In this document: positions 22,809 to 36,370 of the stretch, one piece after another
Layout: each line of letters starts with the position of its first letter
Position numbering within the stretch: the first letter of the stretch is position 1
Source of the DNA: Centroscyllium fabricii
Taxonomy: Eukaryota
Direction: 5' to 3'
Assembly (NCBI GenBank): GCA_051313645.2
Contig: JBNRSN020000003.1
Span: forward strand, 159,278,001 to 159,342,000
DNA length: 64,000 nucleotides
Made by a program: the position numbers and the translations under genes
The notes under the pieces: generated by a model
The model's database searches: none
What the model was told of the DNA's origin: nothing
What the model saw: the letters and a program-made list of their open reading frames with translations, nothing else

Positions 22809-24343
22809 TACTAGTAATTCAGTGCTATAAAAATTGTGACGGGGGAGATAGGACTACTGTAGTAGGAAAGAGGGTACCAGTACTTTACATAACCGCACAT
22901 TCTACAATAGCATCCAATAGGAATTCATGAAACCTACAAGAGTATGGCTTTGTTTATTGCGATTCCACTAAATTTGTGATCTTGCAAGTTAAATAGCAAA
23001 TAACCACCTTTTAAAAAATCCATTGGCTCCTGCTTGCAAGCATGAACTGGGCAATACACCCACTATGTATCTTGAAGAAACATAAGAATGAAATGTACTT
23101 ATGGTCTTGTGACTAAGTACTCTCAGAATTAACCTACTGAAATCAGTCCAAGTACAGTACTACACTAGAGAGACTAATCATTTCATTGAATCAACAGAAT
23201 AATTTGATGTGCAAGAAATCATGCCTTTAAACTTAAAATGATACAGATTATAATTTTCTCATGTTTTCAGAATATTTGCTTCCTTTTAAACCAATCCTTG
23301 TATCCCTACCTAGGAGTTAATAAAGAAAGCAGGTGGGTAACATCACAATTTTATGTTACAAAGTTGCTTCCATTTAAATCAATTCTGCAACTGAATCCGT
23401 TTCCCTTGTTGATAAAATCATTCCCATTTATACTGATGGGCAGACGCAACAGCAAATCAAGCTACTACTTCATTGGCTGTGAAGCACTTTGAGGCGTCCG
23501 GTGGTCATGAAAGGTGCTATATAAATGTAAGTCTTTCTTTCTTTAGACACAACCTACCAGCAGTTTGCATTGGCCATTTATTGTGGAGGGGGGAGGGGGG
23601 GAAAGAGGGGGGAGTGGCAAGTTCAGCACACCTGTGGGCAGAGTACCGATGGCAGACTAGGTGCAAGTGCCACATTTGGGAATCATTTAGCTTTGTCACT
23701 GGCAACTCTTTCCATCAAAGCCCCCTAAAAATCCTCTCCCAAGGAGGATATTGATGCCTTCCAACAGCACTAGCTCCAGGTTGTTTACATTACTACTTTA
23801 TCTCCAATAGTTCCCTTCCCATCAGAGGCAACCATGTAGGGTAAAGGGGTTATCAAACTGCTTTAACTTGGCAAATTTGGTGCTTTGTTGCTGTAACAAG
23901 GAACAAAAGCCTCTGGCTGTAAACAAAATACAAACTATTATTCCACACAACCAAGAAATTCAAATTAAATAACAAGATAACCAGATAAAGGGATCATTCA
24001 GAAAAATGTTCATCAGGAAATATAAACATGCCTTATTTTAGTTATAGTATTCTCTTTCAATTTATCTAGAGGGGATGCAGATTGACTAATCTAATTAATT
24101 TGTACTATTTTATTCATGGCTAATCCAACCTGCATAGATATACATCAATCGTCCTTCTTTGGCATCAACTAGCTATGGTTTCAGGCTTGCGAGATAAGGC
24201 TAGCTATGAAGTGCTACACTGAATAATGCAATGGCTCTCTATTTGGAACAAGGTGCTACTGATGCTAAAACTGCATGGTGGAAAATCAGTTATCCAGTCT
24301 CCCCCACTCTAAAAGCCTATAAATGTTATACTACATTTACAAA

Positions 24344-24640
24344 GAATTACATAGAAAATAAAGCACAGAAACAGGCGATTCGGCCCAACCAGTCTATACC
24401 ATTATTTATGTACCACTCTAGCCTTCTCCCATCTTTTCTCATCTAACCATCAGCATAACCCTCTATTCCTTTCTCCCTCATGTGCTTACCTAGCTTCCCC
24501 TAAAATGCATCTACACTATTCACCTCAACCACTCCGTGGTAGCGAGTACCACATTCTCACCACCATCTGGGTAAAGAGGTTACTTCCGAATTCCCTATTT
24601 GATTTCTTGCTGACTATCTTAAATTGATGGTCTCTAATTT
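24344..24640 (-). mobile_element. CR1 3'-tail fragment
   Basis: Reverse CR1 tail and last ORF2 codons; a plus-strand tail follows at about 24805-24948. Confidence 0.75.
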
Positions 24641-25029
24641 TGCTTTATTTCATACTTAATCAAATGTTTTCTCCCCCCCGACATGACCTTCCATATGTTA
24701 AAATAATGTATTACAACTTCAAAATATAGTTTTTAATTTAAAGAGCTACATTGTAGAAATGGTAAGGGAAAGAATCTGAGTTTCAATTGAAAATTTCAAA
24801 ATTGAGATAGATAGATTTGTGTTACGCAAGGGTTAGGGTTACGAAACCAAGGCGAGCAGATGGAGTGAAGATACAAATTAGCCATGATCTCATTGAATGG
24901 CGGAACAGGCACAAGGGCTGAATGGCCTACTCCTGCTCCCATGTTCCTAAAGATGGAAGAGATTAACAACCAAGTCCCCATTTCTAAATTACCAGTCTTA
25001 AATCAGCTGCAGTTTCAAGCATTGTTTAC

Positions 25030-25213
25030 CTCTTTGGTGGTCTGTGTCATGATGCTTTTTTTCATCTTTCATAGCATTGGATAGCGCCAATAGTCCTGCA
25101 CTGCTTCCAACAGAGGGGATTCCTGGAGGCTGGAGCCCAGACGGGTGTGGGGTGAGAGGTACTGGAAGTGCATGACTGTGGGATAGATGTTGGGCCTGTA
25201 GCTGTTGCTGCTG
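25030..25213 (-). CDS. TLE4: TLE GP-domain exon (184 nt, [61 protein letters not shown] plus 1 nt)
   Basis: Minus strand reads TTCTTCCACAG|CAG CAG CAA...CAA AGA G|GTAAAC. Translated by hand (absent from the ORF track); close to TLE4 GP; phase 0-1. Confidence 0.93.
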
Positions 25214-25369
25214 CTGTGGAAGAATTAACTTGTATGAACATAATGTATGAAGAAATTAGAAAGAGTACATGAAATCACTAGCACATTTACTCAAAAATAC
25301 AATCGTGCAATTGAGGTAGCAGTATCTCTTTTTACTGGCTTTTCCACTTTAAAAATTTAGTGGAGACCT

Positions 25370-26097
25370 GGGCCCCGATATTTACAGAGATGCGGAAGAA
25401 AGTGTGGGGTGAACGCGTGGGAATCCCGGCAAAGCCGGGGATGTGGAGGTCCTGTCGAATTTAGTGGCAGGTCCTCAAGATAATTTTTTATCTTCCTTTT
25501 CCTGTACGGCAGCCAGCCAAATTGACAGGCTGGTCATCTGCTGGGCAGGAAAAGCAGCAGCAGGGGGCCACAGAGAGTGACCCTTGGGGACGTTCCTCGG
25601 CAATCAGTCAGTTGGGAGCAAGAGTTCGGGACTTGGTGGGGCGGGAGGAGGGGTGGGGAAAAAGGGGGGGAAAAAAAGAGTATTAGGTAAAAAAAAAATC
25701 AAGAGATCGGGGCTGGAGGGGAAAAGAGAGAAGTCACGATTGGCAAATGGGAGGCCAAAGGCTTTCTTGATAGGCTGGGGTGGTGGGGGCACTACTGCTC
25801 CCCTGGCCCACAAGGAGTGCTGTAAAAGGCACTTAACTTCCAGAGCTGGCAGTTCTCACCTCCCTTTTACTGATAAGTGTTTCCCAAGCCCTGGGAAACC
25901 CACGCAGTAACTGTTCAATTTAAATCTGGCTCTCAATTGCACTGTGGGAGCTTTGATTAAAATATGTTAATGAAGTGTCCTGTAAAAACGGCAATGGGCG
26001 CTTACGCAGCGGGTTTGGGACATGTTCCCCGATTTAAAAACTGTGTCACCCCCAACCCTCATCCGCCCATTGTGAGGGTAGTTTAATATCAAGGCCC
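25370..26097. mobile_element. Non-autonomous TIR element (GGGCCC termini), PIF/Harbinger-related
   Basis: GGGCCCCGATATTTA ... TTAATATCAAGGCCC imperfect TIRs around a GC-rich body; no clean TSD. Confidence 0.55.
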
Positions 26098-27724
26098 AAG
26101 TGCCCATTTACAAATATTCATTACATACAGTTATTGTATGCTGTTTATGGCAATATAAAAATTGTGCTTTCACACTGCATCCACCATTTTGAATGACTAT
26201 TTAAAAAAACATTGTACCATTGAAGGTATATTACTATTTCCCTTTAATAATCAATTTAAATTTGGGGGCAATAAATGCCTTCTTTAATGGCCCAATACCC
26301 ATATTCACCAATGTATAGTCACTCAAACAGATCCAACTGGGACAAATGCAGATGTTCAGTAAAGTAAATGAAATGTCAGTTTTGTACAGAACCTGAAGCT
26401 ACATTTGTAACAAGTTAAAAAGACCCTAACACGTTAGATCTAGGCGAGCATGGTGGGTGCTCTGGTTGTGCTCTTTCCCAGCCCTACAAAAATTTACAAT
26501 ATTTTGAATTCCAATTTCCAATTGCTTCAAGCTCATGGCACAGATCGCTGGTGGACTGGTTTGAATTTGTAATTCATGCAACTAGTTTGAAATTGTAGGC
26601 TGTGGAGAAATACTGCAGTTTCAAAGCACCAAAAACCCAGATTAAAAATTAACAGACATGAAGCTTAATAAAAATGCAGAAGTAATTAGCACATAATACA
26701 GCACATCAATTAAAAATATAGGAAGATTACAATAAATTTAAGACTCAACTACTATTATGAAATGCGTATTCAAATGTTATAAAATTCAAAGTACTCCAAA
26801 TGAAACAAAAAGCACATTACTGAAAGAAGCTGTATTAAGATACAGACAAAAATATGCCTCAGTCCCCCTTCTCCAACAGCAAATTTTCTAAACAAAATTG
26901 GCAATAAGTACAAAAACTATCTTCGGAGCATTAACGGCATAGCAAGAGTTAACATGTGAGAAAAGTGAATTAAATAACCCAGAAAGGAACCTGACTGCAG
27001 CCTCTATTTAAAACCCTCAGAGTGTCCTTAGCAGTACTTCAACAAATTACTAAAGGAAATCTGATGTAGCAGAGGTTCAGGTCCTTAGGCTTGCTCAATA
27101 ATGCTGAAATAATTGCGTACTCTGTGCACGTTTAGTGATGCTCGAATAAAAGCTAGAGGCCTGCCCTTGTACTCTTTGCTACCCGGTGAGTCTATGTTGT
27201 GACAGGTTTATTTGAGTGGGACTATGATGCATGCACCAGTAGCTGCACTGACAAGAGTTTAAAGTCTGTTTTACCAGTACACTGGCAACATATAGAAAAG
27301 CCCTCAAGAGGTTAGTATTTGAGTGTTTGACCTCAGCCAGAGCTGCATCAAGCTTTGCAATGTACTAACCATTGCTGGGTAGATGGTTTGCTGCTATTGT
27401 CAGGTGGATGGGGGTAATGCAAGTTATTCTCTGCATAGCTGAATATATAATGAAACATATCAAGGCTTAAAAATCAAATGCATTAGGATTCCCTCAGTCA
27501 AACAACTAGGATTATAATATACTTGTACATTTAAGTGAATCTGATTGCATATTAAAAATCAATCTTCAATATTAGCTTTATTACATTATCTTCAATGAGC
27601 TGTAACAATTTAATTTAGTTGAAAATACAACTATTTATTTCATTGGAGCAAACTGCTGCAATTATTTCTTTAATAAAATATAATTACATTAAAAAGGACA
27701 TTTGCATCTATAATTCAAATCTAA

Positions 27725-30700
27725 GAGTCAAAGTCATAACGGCACAGAAGGAGGCCATTCAGCCCATCGAGTCCGTGCCAGTTCTCTGTAGAGCAATCCA
27801 CTCAGTCCCATTCCCCAACTCTATCCCCACAGCCTTGCAAGTTTATTTCCCTCAAGTCTCCCCTTGAAAACGTTAAGTGTCTCCGTTTCCACCACTTCCG
27901 TCGGTGGCGAGTTCCAGGTCATCACCACTCACTGCGTAAAAAAGTTTTTCCTCACATCCCCTCTGTATGTCTTGCCCAAAACCTTAAATTTGTGTCTCCT
28001 AGTCCTTGTACCCTCAACTGGTGGGAACAGCCTTTCCCCATCTAGCCTATCCAAACCAGTCGTAATCTTGTACATCTCTATCAAATCATCCCTCAACCAC
28101 CTTTGCTCAAATTAAACCAAATCCAGCTTTTCCAATCTGTCCTTGTAGCTAAGATCCCCATCCCCGGAACCATTCTGGTAAATCTCCTCTGCACCCTCTC
28201 AAGGGCCTTCACATCCTTCCTAAAGTGTGGTGACCAGAACTGGGTGCAATACTCCAGTTGTGGCCTAATCAGCGCTTTATAAAGGTTCAGCAGAACTTCT
28301 CTGCTTTTCTACTCAATGGCCCAGAAATTCAGGTCCCAACGCGTGCGTACGCGCTGGGTACCAACACGTAGGCCCAACTAAAGTGCCGGTTTCGTGCATG
28401 CGCAGGACACCAGAACTTCCATTCCCCTGAAAGAAGGGGTTGACAGCTGGAACGCGTGCGCGGGAGAGGCAGCGCGTGCGCATCGAACTTACGTTTTTTT
28501 TGCAGGTTTCTCCGGGAGGGTAAGTCTCCAGCAGTTACACTTTTTAAAAGCAGGCACAAGGCCTGCTTTTAACAAGGTAAGTGGTGAATTAATTAAAATT
28601 AAAACATTTTTTCCACAGGTTTATTATTTTTTAAATACTTTAAAGAGAGGTAAGTTTATTTTTAGCCCCGTTAGAAAATGTACTTAATTTATTCAAAATT
28701 TTTAAATTATGTTTAAAGTAGTTATTTCATGTAATTTATCGTTACTTAAAAAACTTGATTTAAAAAAAAATGTATTTGAAGTTTTAGTTACGTTTTGGGG
28801 CTTATACACCTGTAGTATTTATAGGTTTGACAGCTCTTCCTGTCAAACTTATGAATGAAGCATTCCCTGCTACCATTGGCTCTCCATGGCCCACGTGATC
28901 CCAGGGGACGCATCGCACTAACTGCGCCCCTGGGATATGCAAGCAGTGTGCGCCAGCAGTTGGAGGAGGCCCAGGATCGGAATACCACACGGGCCCACAG
29001 CTCAATGGCCAGCACGCAAGTTAAGTGCAGGTCGGAGGCTTGCACCCGCGGGAAGCCTCCGACCCAAATTTCTGGGCCAATACCTCTATTTATGAAGCCC
29101 AAGATCCCATATGTTCAATATGTCCTGCCACCTTCAGGGACCTATGCACGTTAACTCCCAGGTCCCTCTGTCCCTGCACACTCTTGAAAACTGTGCCATT
29201 AAGTGTGTATTGTTCCTTCTGCCAAAATGCATCATTTCACACTTCTCTGTATTAAATTCCAACTGCCACTTGTCTGCCAATTCTGCTAGCCTTTCTATGT
29301 CCTGTTGCAGTCGATTGGCATCATCCCCACTCTTTGCTGCCAGCCCCCCCCCCCCCCCCCCCCCCCCCCACACCCACCCCCACCCCAAATGTTTGGTGTT
29401 ACCGGCAAGTTTAGAAATTCTACTCTGTATTCCAATATCCAGGTCATTTATAGACATCAACAAAAGCAGTGGCCCCAGCACGGACCCTTGGTGAACAACA
29501 CAGTCTACCATCCTCCAGTCTGAAAAACAGCCATTTACCACAACTCACTGTTTTCTGTCCTTAAGCCAATTCCTTATCCAAGCGGTCATTGACCTAACTA
29601 TTCCATGAGCCTCAATTTTTTTAACCAGCCTTCTATGTGGTACTTTGCCAAACACCTTCCGAAAATCCATGTCGACAACATCCATTGCATTCCCTTCTTC
29701 AATTCTCTGTTATTTCATCAAAAAATTCAATTAGATTAGTCAAACACGATCTGCCTTTTACAAATCCATGTTGGCTCTCTTCAATTAGCTCAAGCCTCTC
29801 CACGTGCCAGTTAATTTTTTTCCTTAATTATGGTTTCTAAAACTTTACCCACCACTGATGTTAAACTGACTTAGAGGCACAGGTCAAGGCTAGAATACAA
29901 ATGAGTACTTCAGTGTTTACTAAGGAGGTGGATGCTGACTAAATATTGGTAGAGATGGAAAAAGTAGAAGCAATGGAAGGGGTGAAAATTGATAGAAAAT
30001 TGTTGGATAATTTTCCAATCTTCCCTAGATGCAGGAGAGGTGCCTGAGGATTGGAAAGTGGCAAAGGTGACACCATTGTTCAAGAAAGGGTGTAAGGACA
30101 ATCCTAGTAACTACTCCTCCTTAAAGATCACCCATTGTTCTGTTACAGTTTTTCCTGTCAGTCCTTTGGTCCCATTTTACCCTGGCTAGATCCTTTCGCA
30201 TCCCATTGAAGTTAGCCCTATTCTAGTTTAGAAGTTCCACTCTAGATTGTTCCTTGCTCCCCTCTGTATCATAAGATTTAAATTAGCAATGATGATCACT
30301 CGTACCCAAGTGTTCTCCCACAGACACTTGGTCGACCTGGCCCACCTCATTCCCCAGCACCAGATCCAGCAATGCCTTCTTCCTAGTTGGGCCAAGAACA
30401 TACTGGTCAAAGAAATTCTCCTGAACACATTTCAGAAATTCCTCCCCTGCCTTTCCCTTTACCCTAGCATTATTCCAATCGATATTTGGGTAATTAAGTC
30501 CCCCAATATCACCATTCTATAGCTCTTGCATATCTCTGCGATTTCCCTGCAGATTTGCTCCTCTACCCCCCTCTCACTATTTGGAAGCCTATAGAATATC
30601 CCCAATAGTGTGATCATACCCTTTTTGCTCCTCAACTCTAATTAAATGGGCTCTCGCCTTGTCCCCTCAAGAACATCCTCCCTTTCCAACACTACAATAT

Positions 30701-30791
30701 TTTCCTTAATCAGCACTGCCACCCCACCGCCCCCTTTTCCTTCCCTAGCTTTTCTGAACACCTTGTACCCCTGAATATTAAATGCCCAGTC
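27725..30791 (-). mobile_element. Degenerate CR1 LINE with nested TIR element and internal inversion
   Basis: 3' tail near 27725; RT motifs (QGSVLGPLL...INDLD) at 29134-29541; endonuclease motifs (GYKVFRK.REGK.GGGVAVLIKE) near 30650-30790. Confidence 0.9.
28318..29078 (+). mobile_element. Non-autonomous TIR element, family C (PIF/Harbinger-related), nested in CR1
   Basis: TIR GGCCCAGAAATT...AATTTCTGGGCC; AAT on both sides; removing the element and one AAT restores contiguous CR1-like sequence. Confidence 0.9.
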
Positions 30792-31037
30792 AATATGATT
30801 TAATTTGCAGGGAGAGGAAGGAAAAGATTGAAGCAGCACAAGAAGCATAACAGGTGTAATAAAAGGACTGAAGCAAATGTTGATGGAGTGTTGCACTGCA
30901 AAGGTTTTAAACAAATGATCTTCTGGGGCACAGTACGCCACAGTCATATACGTCTCCATGATAGAAAAATTAAATTTACTTAATGTGAACCCACAATGGA
31001 TTTTTGAGTGACTGGATAATCTTTCCACATCCTAGCA

Positions 31038-31369
31038 CAGGAGTGTCCAAGCTTTCGGTTTCACTTCGGTGTTTACCATAGAGCCTGGTGGGCCACATGT
31101 AAAATTTTAAACCAAATCAATGTCTATTAATATGCATACATTGCAAACTGCTATACTGTACAGATCTGGGTGTTCGGATTTACGGTTTTTCCACCAAAGA
31201 GGCAGCAGCGCTTTACAAACTGCCGATGAGTCAAAATTCAAGCAGGACAAAGCAAAGTGCAGGAAATACAAGTGCTAAAAGAATGGAGTCACTTGGGCTT
31301 TGTGAGCCATATCTCCACAAAGGTTTGTGGGTCACATGTGGCCCATAAGCTGTACTTTGGACACACTGT
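31038..31369. mobile_element. hAT (Charlie-like) MITE
   Basis: CAGGAGTGTCCAA...TTGGACACACTG; 8-bp TSD TCCTAGCA at 31030-31037 and 31370-31377. Confidence 0.8.
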
Positions 31370-34104
31370 TCCTAGCAGCTGTGGTTTGTACAATCGAGGT
31401 ATTTTCAGCACAGGAACATGGAAGTGATATGCCTGCTGTAGCTCAATACAACTTAGTTTTCTAGGCTGCAGACATCAACTTTTGTATTAACAAAATAAAA
31501 GCAAATGTTGGGTATTCCTGACCCTGATTGGTCAACTACAGTAACATAGAATGGTGATGAAAAGCCATGGGAATAAGGTGTAAATTAGCTCTGTATTTGT
31601 ATTGTGTATTGCAAAGTCGCAGGAGAAATATAACTTGCGACCAAAATGGGTGGGTGGCAAGTCAGTGCAGCGATAGTGATTACTTTGCAAGCCTAAGCCA
31701 AATTCAGTATCAGGCTTCATTTGAATGGAAAAGGCAAGCTGTGGGCATCAATTGGTCATCCCAATGCAGCTCGCTGGTTGAAGTCTGACATACATCATCC
31801 GGCACTGATCTAAGCTGGCGTGCGTTTAGGTCCTGGGAGGTGAAACAGAGGGCGGCAAGCCCAGGCAGCTAGCGGCCTGCAGTACTTTTGTGGAGCCTGG
31901 AGGACTGTTCCTGCTGCTTCTGGTTCCTGAAATATATAACTTTGAAAAAGTGGTGGCCATTTTTTTGCGTGTCTTCCAGCTGTCCCTTTAAGACCAAAAG
32001 TCCTAGTACAACTAGGTAGGGCTTGCACAGCGCAAGCTCAGCCCATTTGTACCTGAATTTTGCAGTGGAATCAGAAAACCAGCAGAGGTCCCAGATTTGC
32101 ATAATAAAGCTGCTTTAAGCCGGTTACAGGTGGGCTGGTTGCTCGCCTGAATATGGCAAATCCCCCACCAAAGTATGAACACCTGTCCAAATTCTTTGGC
32201 CAAAACAGGCAGCGTGAGCTGAATTTCTCCTAGTCATTTCTTCCCTCTAAAATTTCAGCATGGTGACACAAGTGCAACAGAAATGGCAGCTAATAAATAA
32301 TTTAATATTTATTCACCTGAATTAAACAGAAATTGTGCCACTGAATAGACAGGCAAAACACTGGCCATCGATTTAGATCAACATACCTTTCTGAAATAAT
32401 ATGTATTTACAGCCCTGGAATACATGGCAATTTTACAAAGAGTAGTGGCAAGATTTAGGGAGCAGTGGTTGAGTCAAGACACGGCTGGATGCAGGAATGC
32501 ATCAAAAGATACTTAGTCTGGTTCAATCCGGATCAGCTGGCATACAATATTTATGCTCAAGATTTATTACTCCAATTATTAGATGGTCTACTGGTCAATT
32601 CCGATCTTGATCCTTTGAGAACCGCAATACCATTTCAACAACAAAATAAGATAATATTCCTCTCCTATCTGTTGCGAAATTAAATTTACATACATGATCT
32701 AATTCTATTAAAAAATGTTGGCATATAAAAATTTGCAGAAATTAGTGCTCAAATTTGTGCACATATTTTAAAAACAAAAATCGGGTGCTCAAACAGATAT
32801 AGCAGTGACTGCATTCCCAAAGTTAGCGCACAAAGGTGATTAAAAATTAATGCAGTTAATTGAGACATCTAAAAGAAATTTACTGAGCAAAGTCAAGTGG
32901 GACAGTATTAAAAGGACTTCCCTTTATTACCTGTTCCGCTGACCACCTCCTTAAAACATCTGAAGAAACACTCGCCAATCTTACTATCAAGTACAATGAG
33001 TTAACTACACAATAGCCATATATATATTAAACAATATATACATGCATACACGCGTTTATATAGAAGCCACATGCGTGCAGGGGAAGGGGAGGGGGGGGGG
33101 GGGGGGCAGAAGAATAACAGCTTGCAGTTATATAGCATCTTTAACATAGAAAAATATCCCAAAGCACTTCACTGGGCGTAAATGAAAATAAATGGACAGT
33201 GGGCCAAAGAAAGGAGATACTAGCAGGGTTGAACTAAAGCTTGGTGAAAGAGGTGGATTTAAGGACAGTCTTAAAGGAGACATGACATGGAAAGTCCATA
33301 AATGAGTTTAAACAGAAGGATGAGAATTTTAAATTTGAGATATTTGCAGGATGGGGACATCAATACAAGAAGCTACCAGCTTTGTATTATTTGTTTATAA
33401 CAAATCGTCCTTTAAAATGTGTAAACCTTTTTCACGGGTTGGTACAGCTATCTGGAGACTTCTATAATAATATTTTTTTTTAATTGAAGATTTCCATGGC
33501 AGCAAACTGGGACTTGTTGCCAATTATTTATCCCAACAATAATTACACACGTGTGACATTATCCTACAATCTGCATTTGCATAAATAGTTTTTTTTTTGA
33601 AGAGCAGGAGGAAGTGAGAAGGTCTCTTGGCTGCAAACATGTCACCATAGGGTAATTTAGGCTTTCAGAAATGGAAAAGAATTATTGGGACAAAAAAGCA
33701 CCACCAAATTGCTGCACAATGCAGTTTCATTTATAAGTTCTTGATATTCTCAGATATAGTAGGGGCACAGATCAAGCAATGTGCGCCCTATTCATATTAA
33801 CTACAAGACTTGGAGGACTTGTTTTAACTGTTTCATTGACATTACCTTGAGAGAACACTACCCAAGTGGCACTGCAGAATACAGACTTGACATATCAACT
33901 ATAATGAAACAAAACACAAAGTATTTTCAAGAGTCCAACTGGTTTCTTGGTCAGCTGATCAGTGTAGCTCTGATTTCCCTCATTCTGACGTGCTCAATGT
34001 GGCTCTATCATCTGAAATGCCCAGTCCCAACTCTAATGATGATTTTGTGACCCATTACACCCTACCCCAGGTTACACTCAATTTTGCTGCAACCATCTTG
34101 AGAT

Positions 34105-34502
34105 GTAGGCGTCACTGGCAAGGCTGGTACTCACTGCCAACCCCTGGTTGTTCTGAGAAGGTGGTGGTACAGTTTGATACAATTGAGTGGCTTGCTAGGC
34201 CACTTCAGAGGGAAGTTAAGAATCAACACATTGGTGTGGGACTGGAGTCAAATGTAGGCCAGACCAGGTAAAGATGGCAGGTTTCCTTTCCTAAAAAGGA
34301 CTTTAGTGAACCAGTGGGGTTTTTATGGCAATCCGACATCTTCATAGTCACTGTTACTGATGCCATCTTTTTATTTCTAAATAAATAAAAAATGAATTCA
34401 AATTCACAAACTTCCATGGTGGGATTTGAACTTGCACTCTCTGGATTATTAGTCCAAGCCTTGGGATTACTGGTCCAGTAACATGACCACTGTACTACCA
34501 TA
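34105..34502 (-). mobile_element. tRNA-derived SINE
   Basis: Minus-strand head with A-box-like TAGTACAGTGG and B-box GTTCAAATCC. Confidence 0.65.
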
Positions 34503-36137
34503 TCTGTCTCATGACTTTGTGACGTGTCACCACATTAGATGGGGTAGAGGGTCAAGAAATGCACATGCACACAAAAGTGCAAGCACAGGCAGAAAGAGAA
34601 ACAGAGTTTGAGTATGTGTACATGCACTCTAGGGAGAGGCAGGTATGTCTCCATATTGTCATGTTCCAAAGCTGGCGTATTCCCTATACTGAGAATAAAT
34701 GATTTTCAGAGTTCATGAGGCAGAGATAGTCATGCATCACACTATCATTCCTGAACTCCCAGAGAGAGTAGCACTCTAATATAAAGCCACATCTGCAGGC
34801 AGAAGGGAAGATTCTACAGCAACAAAGGAAAATTAACACATCTACCTATAAAATTGAAGCACGAGTCCAGTGTGTTTCGGAAATGCATGCACACTGAAAT
34901 TGCTAAAAGAAATGTTAAGCATATACAGAAAACTGCCGAGTCCTGTTGGAACTGCATCCAGTAAGTTTTGCCTCATAGATCGACCCTCTCTCATTGTACC
35001 TTTCAGCTGGTGATTCCTTTGTGTGGCTCTCTCCTACAGGATCAAATGACTGTCCATCCTCTGGGAAACCACTATTTGTGCGTATGGTGTTTTCTGTCCT
35101 CCCACTCTGGCTGCAGCTCCATGGCTGCGTTTTGTCCTCCAGATGAAGCTGCAGCCACCCATCTATGATGCTGTGACTGCTTTTTTAGCACATGTGTGGA
35201 CACATTCTGTGATCCTGGGCAGCTCCAGTACATCCTGTCCCTCCTCCCTCATCCAACAGCTAGAGTATCTGCATGGCTTGGTGATCACACTCCCCACCTC
35301 AGTCAGTAGGTTGTGGGTTCAAACCCACTCCAGTACTTGCACATAATCTGTGAAGTGTTTGAGAGTTTGTGATATAATGAGGCTCTTTATAAATGCAACT
35401 CATTGTCCTAACCCTAAACCTCCCTCCTCAGATACCAAACCCCACACTTCCCTGCAGTCACCCCAGACACCCCCAATAGTGCAGTCTTGGGACACCCCAA
35501 GATCCCACATGCCCTGGAGCTCTCTTAGACCCAAGACTGTCCAGAGTGCTCGAAAACCTCAGCACCCCTCAAAATTCCCAGCCCTCATCTCAGAACATAC
35601 ACTCCTGCTTCCTCCACTCTGGTCCCAGACTCCATCTCTTCCTCCCCCACAATACTCCCAAATCCCAGTTCTACTGAGTGTTCCTAAACCCCAGAACACC
35701 CAGATCCAATCTTTCACAAATGCACTTAGGCAGTAAATCGCTCAATTCCTTCCCAGGGCCAATTGTATCCTCTTTTCCAATTGTCCTCTTTCTGTCACAC
35801 TGTTGTGTGTGTGTATATGTGTGTTCCACTGCTGCCTTCACAACCTGTTCTTCCCTGATCATTACCCATTACCAAGCTACCACCTTGTGGAGTTTTGCTT
35901 CTAAAAAAGGCAAGTGATGGAAATTAACTACATAGGTAAAGGATCGTGTGTTACAGTGACACAGTGTGGGAGAAATGCATAATAGGCAGAATATACACTG
36001 ACAAAGGGTTTTATACAAGAATGGGAAAGAATGGGAGAAGTTAGAAAGTCAAACATCACAATGAGGAGATAAAGTGTCAGATCCATATTGGGGGAAAGAG
36101 AGAAAAAAAGAAAAAGAAACGGAAGAGACAGAGAGAA

Positions 36138-36370
36138 ATAGATAGAATCATACAGCACAGGAGGAAGTCATTCGGCCCATCGCACCTGCGTCAGCTCGTT
36201 GAGCAAGCTATCCAATTAGTTCCATTCCCCTGTTCTTTCCCCATTGCCCTGCAACTCTTCCCTTTTCCAAGTATATATCCAATTCACATTTGAAACTTAA
36301 ATCTGCTTCCACCCCCTTTCAGGCAATGCATTTTGTGTAAAATATATTCTTTTCATCTCCCCTCTGCTTC
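36138..36370 (-). mobile_element. CR1 3'-tail fragment
   Basis: ATAGAATCATACAGCACAGGAGGAAGTCATTCGGCCC...; similar to 38478-38765. Confidence 0.7.

Noticed and set aside
35400-35720. 128-aa Pro/Ser/Thr-rich ORF 35350..35736
   Set aside because: It is low-complexity C-rich sequence with no splice or homology support, antisense to the host gene.
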